A stretch of 48,939 bases of DNA from an uncultured Collinsella sp. (GTDB lineage Bacteria > Actinomycetota > Coriobacteriia > Coriobacteriales > Coriobacteriaceae), in assembly GCA_959606405.1 (NCBI GenBank), contig CAUHIY010000001.1, forward strand, positions 1 through 48,939, in the 5' to 3' direction. A program made the position numbers and the translations under genes. The notes under the pieces were generated by a model, which was given only the letters and a program-made list of their open reading frames with translations, searched no databases and had not been told where the DNA came from. Below are positions 41,138 to 48,939 of the stretch, piece by piece (position 1 is the stretch's first letter; the number at the start of each line of letters is the position of its first letter).

Positions 41138-42157
41138 TTACTCTGCGTCCTTCATGGGCGGCATGGGCTCCCAGTCGGGGTCCTTGATAATCTTGCGTGC
41201 GTCCTTCATGCCACGGCGCAGCGCCGGAATACCGGTCTTAAAGCATTTGTCGACTGCTGCCAGACGAATGAACTCCTTGCAGAAGGTCGCGGCATTGCCC
41301 AGACGGAACAGCACGGGGTGGTAGTCGCCGTAGATCTGCATGTAGCGTGCCAGATAACCGCGGTTGCGCATGATGTAGTAGCGGTTGGTGTCGCTCGTGG
41401 AGTTGAGCTGGCGCTTGCCGGCGATATCCCAGTTAGAGACGGCGCGGGCGCGCTTGAGCACCACGTCGGCAACCACGGCGGCGGGGAAGTGCTGGCTGGC
41501 CACGTAGCCGTAGCAGGCATCGTCGCCGTAGATAAAGAAGCGCGCGTCGGGCAGGCCAATCTTGTCGACCACGCGGCGCGAGAACATGCCGCCCTCAAAG
41601 CACAGTTGGTTCATGGTGCGGTAGCCCTCGGGTCCCAAATCCCACTTGGCGATGGGGTTAGGGATGCCGAGCGAAAGGATGAGCTGGTACTGCCAAAAGA
41701 AGGCGCCGCCGTCAAAGTCCAGGCGCGAACCCTGAATGACGTCGTAACAGTCGGTCCACTTGGCCAAGCGCTCGATGCCTTCGGGGATGACGAGCACGTC
41801 GTCGTCCATCACCCAGAACCACTGGGCGCCCAGGTCGTAGGCGCATTTGGTGCCGGCGGAGAAGCCACCCGCGCCGCCACCGTTTTCAAGCTGCGGCGCG
41901 TATATAACGCGGTCGGTGCCACCCTGTGAATCGGGCTGGTCGGTGTCGATGCCCCACAGGTTGGCGAGGCGCTCGTTAAATGCGGTGCACATGGCCTCGG
42001 TCTCGCGCGAATTCTCGTTATCGACAATCACGATGCGCCAGGGCGTTGCCGTGAGCTCGGTCATGGAGTCGAACAAGTTGGCCAGGAGTTCCTGGCGCTT
42101 GTACGTGACGACAACGATGGCGAGCTTATCGATGGGGGCGGGAAGGGTTGAAGGCAT
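41138..42157 (-). CDS. GT2 glycosyltransferase, GlfT1/galactofuranosyltransferase-like
   Basis: VVVTYKR, N.GGAGGF, WVMDDD, FEGG.F, IGLPD.RFFIYGDD and YY.MRNR. Confidence 0.85.
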   Translation of the reverse strand: MPSTLPAPIDKLAIVVVTYKRQELLANLFDSMTELTATPWRIVIVDNENSRETEAMCTAFNERLANLWGIDTDQPDSQGGTDRVIYAPQLENGGGAGGFSAGTKCAYDLGAQWFWVMDDDVLVIPEGIERLAKWTDCYDVIQGSRLDFDGGAFFWQYQLILSLGIPNPIAKWDLGPEGYRTMNQLCFEGGMFSRRVVDKIGLPDARFFIYGDDACYGYVASQHFPAAVVADVVLKRARAVSNWDIAGKRQLNSTSDTNRYYIMRNRGYLARYMQIYGDYHPVLFRLGNAATFCKEFIRLAAVDKCFKTGIPALRRGMKDARKIIKDPDWEPMPPMKDAE

Positions 42158-42413
42158 GGGGCAATATATCCTTTCACGCGCGGCGCGCGAGCGCTGCGCG
42201 GAAGCTATCGAATACGTCCTTGGGACTGTCCTATTGTAAAGGCTCGGCGCACCTTGACGGCAAGCTTTGAATAAAACGCAGGAACCTGCCACGGGCCCGC
42301 CGCATGACGTGCGGCTACTTTGCCCGCAAGAGGCTCCATAGATTATATAAACGTCCGCTGGCGCGCTGACCCTTTGATACCATGAAACGACAGGTATTTC
42401 CTAAGGAGCACAT

Positions 42414-43517
42414 TTGTCTACTAACGCCTCTGGCAGCCCTGTTCTGTCGCTGCTTATCCCCATTTACAATGTTCAGCGCTACCTGCGCGAGTGTCTCGAT
42501 TCCGCCCTGGCGCAGACGCTCAAGGATATTGAGATCATCTGCATCAACGACGGGTCGACCGACAACTCGCCGGCGATTATCCGCGAGTATATGGAGCGCG
42601 ATGGGCGCGTCAAGATGATCGACAAGGCCAACAGCGGCTACGGCGACTCGATGAACCGCGGTCTGGAGATGGCGCGTGGCAAGTACGTTGGCATCTTGGA
42701 GTCCGATGACTTTATGGCGCCCGACGCACTCGAAAAGCTTGTCTCGGCCGCCGATACCAATAATGCCGACTTTGCGAAGGCGAACTTTGATTTCTACTGG
42801 TCTAAGCCCGAGGAGCGCCGTTCGCTGCACGAGATGTTTAGACCTCAGGATTGCGGCAAGCCGGTGCATCCGAGCGATACGACGCAGTTCTTTAAGCAAA
42901 AGCCATCGATTTGGTCGGCTGTGTATCGTCGCGATTTTCTTAAGCGTAACGGCATTACGTTCCTGCCGACTCCGGGGGCATCCTTTCAGGACACGTCATT
43001 CGCCTTTAAGGTGATCGCGTGCGCCGATAAGGCTGTTTACCTGCATGATGCCGTGTTGTCGTATCGCCAGGACAACGAGAATTCCTCGGTCAATTCTTCG
43101 GCTAAGGTCTTTTGCGTCAATACCGAATATGCCGAGATTGAGCGTTGGATTCGAGAGGATTATGCCCGCGACCACGCAAACGGCGATGTCGCGCGCATGC
43201 TCAAGTTCAATCAACTCATTAAGTACGATTCGTATATGTGGAACTACGTGCGCCTGGCGCCTAAGTTCTATAAGGAGTTCCTGGTTCAGATGGCCAAGGA
43301 GTTTCAGGCGGCCTTGGACGCGGGGGAGTTTTCGCTTGACGACCTCAAGCCGTGGAAGCGCGCGAATCTCGCTGCCATCCTCAAAGATCCTGAGGGCTGG
43401 GTTGACGAGCATCCGAGTTTTGCGACGGATGGCGCCTTGGGGCGTGCTAAGTATTACGCCTCGGTTGGAGGCCCAGGCGTGGTCGCAGCCTTCCTCATCG
43501 AATCGCTGAGGGGGTAG
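42414..43517 (+). CDS. GT2 glycosyltransferase (type A)
   Basis: TTG start with AAGGAG; SLLIPIYNV, INDGSTD, ILESDDF and PGASFQD. Confidence 0.92.
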   Translation: MSTNASGSPVLSLLIPIYNVQRYLRECLDSALAQTLKDIEIICINDGSTDNSPAIIREYMERDGRVKMIDKANSGYGDSMNRGLEMARGKYVGILESDDFMAPDALEKLVSAADTNNADFAKANFDFYWSKPEERRSLHEMFRPQDCGKPVHPSDTTQFFKQKPSIWSAVYRRDFLKRNGITFLPTPGASFQDTSFAFKVIACADKAVYLHDAVLSYRQDNENSSVNSSAKVFCVNTEYAEIERWIREDYARDHANGDVARMLKFNQLIKYDSYMWNYVRLAPKFYKEFLVQMAKEFQAALDAGEFSLDDLKPWKRANLAAILKDPEGWVDEHPSFATDGALGRAKYYASVGGPGVVAAFLIESLRG

Positions 43518-43523
43518 GTCGGC

Positions 43524-44564
43524 ATGGGAGAGGTCTCGTGTCCTAAAGCTACCATTGTCGTCCCCGTTTACAACTCTGCGCGCTCCATTCAGCGATGCCT
43601 CGATTCGCTGCTGGCTCAGTCCGAGCGCTCGATTCAGGTTGTCTGCGTCAACGACGGTTCGACCGATGATTCGTTGGACGTGTTGCGCCAGATCGCGCAG
43701 GCCGACGATCGCGTATTGGTGATTGATCAGGAAAACGCGGGTGTCTCATGTGCTCGAAATGCCGGTATCGATGCCGCCGAGGGCGAGACCGTCTTTTTTG
43801 TGGACGCCGACGATTACATCGATGTCCAGACGGTCGAGCGCGTGCTGCATGCCATGGAGTCTGCAGATGCCGAGGCCGCTGTCTTTGGCGGCGTCTGTGA
43901 ACCTGCCGATGCTGCCCCCAAACGCGTCCAGCAACTCATGAGCCCCAAAGCTGGTACCTTCGGCGCCCGTGATTCCCAACTGCTGTTCCATTCGAATGCG
44001 CAGCCCTATGCCTGCCGTGCGGCTTTTTCGCGCGAGCTGCTCAATCGCGAAGGCATTCGCTTCGCCCCCGGTTTGGCTTTGGGCGAGGACGTCGTCTTCC
44101 AATTTGCGGCTTACGCGCTTGCCCGCAAGACCGTCGTCATGCCGGACAAGTTCTACCACTACGTGATGGATAGCGAATCGGCGACGCACGAGTTCAACAG
44201 TGCCGGGGCTCGCGCCAAAAAGCTTAACGCCCACATGAGGATGCTCGAGGAGGTCTTGGAGGACTGGGCGGCCTACGGTCTTTTGGACCTGTGTCCCGGC
44301 GAGCTGATAACTTGGTTTTTGGACCTCATTGTGTTCGACCTGGCGCGCTTGGATGCCGATGACTTCCATCGCGTGGCGGCTCGCGTCAACTTGGACCTCA
44401 CGACGTTTTTGGGAACGGAGTGGGCGGATATGCCTGCTAAGGGCGCCGTTTGCCGTGTTGCCCACAAGCTCGTTGCGGCGACCTCGGGCGTTTCGATGGC
44501 AGATGCCACGCTGTTCTATCTTTCGACTCGCGGTCTCAAAGCCTGCCTGGAGCGCTTTATCTAA
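43524..44564 (+). CDS. GT2 glycosyltransferase (type B)
   Basis: IVVPVYN, VNDGSTD, N.GVS.ARN.G, FVDADD and GED..F. Confidence 0.92.
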   Translation: MGEVSCPKATIVVPVYNSARSIQRCLDSLLAQSERSIQVVCVNDGSTDDSLDVLRQIAQADDRVLVIDQENAGVSCARNAGIDAAEGETVFFVDADDYIDVQTVERVLHAMESADAEAAVFGGVCEPADAAPKRVQQLMSPKAGTFGARDSQLLFHSNAQPYACRAAFSRELLNREGIRFAPGLALGEDVVFQFAAYALARKTVVMPDKFYHYVMDSESATHEFNSAGARAKKLNAHMRMLEEVLEDWAAYGLLDLCPGELITWFLDLIVFDLARLDADDFHRVAARVNLDLTTFLGTEWADMPAKGAVCRVAHKLVAATSGVSMADATLFYLSTRGLKACLERFI

Positions 44565-44638
44565 TTCCAAGCGCTGCCGCTCGCCGCAACTCGGCTGCTA
44601 AAATAACCCTGTTACACGCTATCCAACAGGAGGTTCTC

Positions 44639-45757
44639 TTGCAGAACTCTGATACCCCCAAAGTTTCGCTGCTTATCCCCATCTGCAATGTCGAACGCTA
44701 CCTGCGCGAGTGCCTCGATTCCGCCGTGGCGCAGACGCTCGAGGACATCGAGATCATTTGCATCAACGACGGCTCGACCGATAGCTCGCCGGATATTATC
44801 CGCGAGTACATGGAGCGCGATTCTCGTGTGAAGATGATCGACAAGGCCAATAGTGGCTACGGCGATTCGATGAACCGCGGCCTGGATATGGCTCGCGGCG
44901 AGTACGTGGGCATTCTGGAGTCCGATGACTTTATGTTTGAGGATTCGCTCCAAAAGCTGGTCGCCAAGGCCGATGCCGAGCATGCCGATGTCGTAAAGGG
45001 CGATTTTTACCTGTATTGGTCTACGCCTAGCGAGCGCCGCGAACCCTTTGGAATCATCGATGAGTACATGACGGGCGCGGCGTATCGTCCTGTCGACCAT
45101 CCTGGCATTTTCTACCGCAAGCCTTCCATCTGGTCAGCCATCTATCGTCGCACGTTTCTTAACGACAATCAGATTCGGTTCCTCCCCACGCCGGGGGCAT
45201 CGTATCAGGACGCGGGCTTTAACTTTAAGGTCTGGGCGTGCGCCGAGCGCGCCGCATTTATCTCGGATCCCATCTTGTGCTATCGACAGGACAACGAGAA
45301 GAGCTCCGTTAATTCGCCCAACAAGGTGTTTTGTGTGTGCGACGAATATGCTGAGATGCAGCGCTTTTTGGATGAGCGACCCGAACTCAAGGCTCAGCTA
45401 CAGGGCATTTTAATGCGCATGAAGGTCGATACCTACCGTTGGAACGACGAACGCCTGGTCGAGGAGCTGCGCGAGCAATTTTGGGAGAAGGCATCGCCCG
45501 AGCTTAAGGCCGACTGGGTTGCCGGCCGCTTTGATCTGTCGCTGTTTGATCCGCGCGGCGAGACCGACTTGCGCCTGATGGTCAAGTCGCCCCGCGCCTA
45601 TATCTATTCACGCTTTGACTTTAAAAAGCCAGGCAAGCTTAATACGTTTAAGCACTACTTTAAGATCGGCGGCTTGCCGCTGGTCTGGCGCGTGCTGACG
45701 TATCAGCGTACCTACGGCGACAACCCGCATCCCGACGACGTGCCGGCCGCACAGTAG
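44639..45757 (+). CDS. GT2 glycosyltransferase (type A')
   Basis: TTG start with AGGAGG; paralog of 42414-43517. Confidence 0.92.
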   Translation: MQNSDTPKVSLLIPICNVERYLRECLDSAVAQTLEDIEIICINDGSTDSSPDIIREYMERDSRVKMIDKANSGYGDSMNRGLDMARGEYVGILESDDFMFEDSLQKLVAKADAEHADVVKGDFYLYWSTPSERREPFGIIDEYMTGAAYRPVDHPGIFYRKPSIWSAIYRRTFLNDNQIRFLPTPGASYQDAGFNFKVWACAERAAFISDPILCYRQDNEKSSVNSPNKVFCVCDEYAEMQRFLDERPELKAQLQGILMRMKVDTYRWNDERLVEELREQFWEKASPELKADWVAGRFDLSLFDPRGETDLRLMVKSPRAYIYSRFDFKKPGKLNTFKHYFKIGGLPLVWRVLTYQRTYGDNPHPDDVPAAQ

Positions 45758-45769
45758 GAGCGCGTGACT

Positions 45770-46837
45770 ATGGCTATCCCTAAGATTTCCGTCGTTGTTC
45801 CCATCTATAAGGTAGAGGAGTGCCTGGCTTGGTGCCTGGACTCTCTGCTTGACCAGGACATGCCCGACTGGGAGGGCGTGCTGGTCAACGATGGCTCGCC
45901 GGACGGCTCGCGCGATATCGCTGCTGCCTATTGCGAAAAGGATGCACGCTTTACGCTGGTCGATAAGCCCAACGGGGGCCTGTCGAGCGCGCGCAACGCG
46001 GGCATCGCTGCATCCATGGCGCCGGTTGTTGCGTTCTTGGACTCCGACGATCGCTTTACACCCGATGCGTGCCGTGTGATCGTCGGCGCCTTTGAGCGTG
46101 AGGGCTGCGACGTTTTGACATTTGGGGCGAATCCATATCCGCTCGAGGCGGGGTATCCGTGGCTTAACTATGTGCTGAGCCCACGCGATGTGTCGTTTGA
46201 GGGTTATAGCTCCGACCTGCTGTTTAAGGAAGCATCTCGCCCGTTTGCGTGGCGCACTGCCTGCAAGCGCGCGTTCTTGTTGGACAACGGGATTGTGTTT
46301 GATGAGAACGTCAAGTATGGCGAGGATCAGGTCTTTGACTTTGCCGTGTATGGTCGCTCGCGCAAAACCGCGCTTATCTCCAACAAACTGTATGACTACC
46401 GCGTGGCGCGCAATGGTTCTCTCATGGACACCATGCGCTACGACGACGAGACACGTCTGCTGGAGCACGTGAAGATTTACTCCGCGGTGCTGGCTGACTG
46501 GCAGCGCGACGATCTCGATGTCCGGCATGCCGATGACCTGGCATATTTCCTGTGTGATCTGGTGCTGTACGACGCGCTCAGGTTGCTGGGCTCGGACTGC
46601 GGCAAGGTGTTTGCTGCCGTCGCCGCGGCTCTTGCCGGTTCTGCCGTGGGCAGCGATGCTGTGCTCGCACAATGCACTCCTTCTGTTTCTGCTATGGTGC
46701 GTGCGGCGCTTACCAGCAAGGCCCCCAATGCCCGTGCATGTAAAAAGCTCATGTTCGATTACGACGTCTTGAGGTTTGGGCGCCTGGGTGCCTGCAAGCG
46801 CATGGCGGCGAACGCCCTGGGAAAGCGAGAAGTGTAG
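45770..46837 (+). CDS. GT2 glycosyltransferase (type B')
   Basis: ISVVVPIY, VNDGSPD, NGGLSSARN, FLDSDD and GEDQVF; start may be GTG 45764. Confidence 0.92.
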   Translation: MAIPKISVVVPIYKVEECLAWCLDSLLDQDMPDWEGVLVNDGSPDGSRDIAAAYCEKDARFTLVDKPNGGLSSARNAGIAASMAPVVAFLDSDDRFTPDACRVIVGAFEREGCDVLTFGANPYPLEAGYPWLNYVLSPRDVSFEGYSSDLLFKEASRPFAWRTACKRAFLLDNGIVFDENVKYGEDQVFDFAVYGRSRKTALISNKLYDYRVARNGSLMDTMRYDDETRLLEHVKIYSAVLADWQRDDLDVRHADDLAYFLCDLVLYDALRLLGSDCGKVFAAVAAALAGSAVGSDAVLAQCTPSVSAMVRAALTSKAPNARACKKLMFDYDVLRFGRLGACKRMAANALGKREV

Positions 46838-48939
46838 ATGAGTATCAAGCGTTTGGCACTTTGCCGCAGTCAGGGCCGTCTGTTTGTGCTGCTTCGCTAT
46901 GTCGGTCAGGATGTCGCCGCGCTTATTGAGCGGGAGGGCTCTCAAGCGTTTGCCCATGCGACGACGAGCGGTTCTTGTGTGCCGTCGCTGGTGCTCCCGG
47001 TCGATCATGGCCGTGTGTTGGCGCTTTGCCCTTCCGTTTCCGATTACGAGCGCGAGCTCGCCGTCTTGGTGCTTCCGTTTTTGGATGGTTCCTCAATCGA
47101 CGTCGCATTTGCGTCCGGTGGCCAAAAGCTTGGCTCCATTCGCCTCGATAGCCGCGTGGCCAAGCTGGAATCCAAGATTAACTACAAAGCAAAGTCTGCG
47201 CTGTGTGCGCTTATCCGCGATGCGCAGCGTGGCGAACACTGCGGCCGCTACGAGATCGATGCCATTCGCTATTTGCCGGCAGACGCCGGCGCGGTGTGGC
47301 GCTATGAGGTTACGTGGGTGGGGGACTCCAAGTGCACCCCTGAGCTCCAGATTTTCGATGCGCATATGAATGCCATCGATGTCACCGTGCATGTGTTTGA
47401 ATCGCAGATCGATGTGCCGCAGCAGAACGGATGCCGCGTCAATAAAACGTATTTGAGCGTTGAGATGCCCCAGGATATACGTGATTTTGTCGCGATTGCG
47501 GCTGATCCCACGGGCCTAATCCAGAGCGGTTTTTGCGCCATGGATGGTCGCCTGTACAACGGCATGGTCGACGACAGCTGGAACCGCATGAAGGACGCGC
47601 GTGCAGACGACGCAGCTTATCGACGTTGGTTTGAACAGCATCGCGCAAAGCCGGCCGATTTGGCGTGCCAGCGTGTCGCTTCGGCGGCCTTTGCCTATAG
47701 ACCGCTCGTGAGCATTGTGGTGCCGTGCTACAAGACTGATCGGGTCTACCTGCGCGAGCTGCTGGAATCGGTGCTAGCCCAGAGCTATGACAACTGGGAA
47801 CTGCTGCTCATGGACGCCTCACCCGAATGGGATGCGGTGGCCAATCTTGCGGCGGATGCCAATGACGAGCGCATCCGTCGCATCGGTCTTCCCGGCAACG
47901 GCGGCATTGTGGTCAACACCAACGCTGGTATTGAGCAAGCGACGGGCGACTACATCGCGTTCTTGGACCATGACGACATTCTGGAACCGGACGCATTATT
48001 CCACTATGTTTTCGCGCTGAATAAGGCTGCCGAGGGCGAGCGTCCCCAGGTCTTGTTCTGCGACGAGGACATGTTCCAGAAAACGGGGGAGTGGGGCCAG
48101 CCGGTCTTTAAGACCAAGCTCAACGTCGACCTGCTCTATAGCCATAACTGCGTGACGCATTTCCTGATGGTGGAGAAGGCGCTCATCGATCGTATTGGCA
48201 TGTCGCCAGAAGACGTCGCGGGCGCTCAGGATTACGACCTGACGCTTCGCTGCCTTGCAGCCGGCGCGCGCTTTGAGCACATTGCGCATGTGCTGTATCA
48301 CTGGCGCGTGCATCCTGGATCGACCGCCAATGGCTCTGCCGATAGCAAGCCGTATGCTATTGAAGCCGGGCGCCTTGCGCTCCAGCGCCACTTTAACGCG
48401 CTGGGCATTTGCGGAACGGTCGAGGAGACCGAGACGCCGTTTGTCTATCGCATGCGCTATATGCTGCCGGAGTCTGCGCCGCTGGTGAGCATAGTGATTC
48501 CCACCAAGGATCACATTGAGACGCTCGACGCCTGTGTGATGTCGATCGCCCGGAAGGCAACGTATGACAATTACGAGATCGTTTTGGTGGAGAACAACAG
48601 CGAAGTCCCGGAGACGTTTGCGTATTACGAAACCCTGCCGGAGCGCGTGGCTGCAGCATCCGAAGGCAAGGGCATCGCACGCGTTGTGTACTGGCCGGGC
48701 GAGTTCAATTACTCCCAGATCATCAACTTTGGTGTTGAGCATGCCAAGGGCGATTACCTGCTGCTGCTCAACAACGATACCGAGGTCATAAGCCCTGACT
48801 TTATTGAAGAGATGATGGGGTACCTGCAGCGTCCCGATGCGGGCGTGGTGGGCGCCAAGCTCTACTTTGCCGATCATCTGGTGCAGCATGCCGGCATTTT
48901 GGTTGGTGTGCGTGGCGCACTTGCCCATGCCAACCAGGA
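46838..48939 (+). CDS. Large glycosyltransferase with two GT2 domains; partial, runs off the window
   Basis: ATG 46838 directly after the previous stop. In frame: SIVVPCYK...FLDHDD...GAQDYDL (from 47711) and a second SIVIPTKD...FNYS.IIN.G...LLLNND...VGAKL...QHAG (from 48488). Absent from the ORF track because it has no stop in the window. Confidence 0.9.
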   Translation, partial: MSIKRLALCRSQGRLFVLLRYVGQDVAALIEREGSQAFAHATTSGSCVPSLVLPVDHGRVLALCPSVSDYERELAVLVLPFLDGSSIDVAFASGGQKLGSIRLDSRVAKLESKINYKAKSALCALIRDAQRGEHCGRYEIDAIRYLPADAGAVWRYEVTWVGDSKCTPELQIFDAHMNAIDVTVHVFESQIDVPQQNGCRVNKTYLSVEMPQDIRDFVAIAADPTGLIQSGFCAMDGRLYNGMVDDSWNRMKDARADDAAYRRWFEQHRAKPADLACQRVASAAFAYRPLVSIVVPCYKTDRVYLRELLESVLAQSYDNWELLLMDASPEWDAVANLAADANDERIRRIGLPGNGGIVVNTNAGIEQATGDYIAFLDHDDILEPDALFHYVFALNKAAEGERPQVLFCDEDMFQKTGEWGQPVFKTKLNVDLLYSHNCVTHFLMVEKALIDRIGMSPEDVAGAQDYDLTLRCLAAGARFEHIAHVLYHWRVHPGSTANGSADSKPYAIEAGRLALQRHFNALGICGTVEETETPFVYRMRYMLPESAPLVSIVIPTKDHIETLDACVMSIARKATYDNYEIVLVENNSEVPETFAYYETLPERVAAASEGKGIARVVYWPGEFNYSQIINFGVEHAKGDYLLLLNNDTEVISPDFIEEMMGYLQRPDAGVVGAKLYFADHLVQHAGILVGVRGALAHANQ

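Overview
GC-rich bacterial chromosome window. Gene content and style suggest a gut Coriobacteriia such as Collinsella; this is inference, not a database result. Core genes include the pckA 3' end, trpS, a WecA/TagO-like transferase, 6S RNA, four tRNAs (Ala, His, Lys, Lys), pncB, proB-pip-proA, carD, argS and a Rho with a very long disordered N-terminus. An Fe-S region holds an IscU-like/GGGtGRT pair, sufCBDSU and a divergent IscR-like Rrf2. The window also has an MNT-HEPN pair, a sortase-anchored putative muramidase, a degenerate AAA-ATPase/PD-(D/E)xK gene and the start of a GT2 glycan cluster. The most striking unannotated structure is non-coding: (i) at least four sequence-unrelated families of extragenic palindromes that all carry a GGGAC tag, in the same window as a RAYT-like HUH gene whose catalytic Tyr codon appears changed to Ser; (ii) a 176-bp tRNA-Lys 3'-end repeat with covarying terminators; (iii) an orphan three-hairpin sRNA candidate with an anti-SD-like loop; (iv) a 150-bp MITE-like element; (v) structured leaders before the B3/B4 and IscU-like genes. 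All product calls come from recognising motifs by eye; no searches were run.
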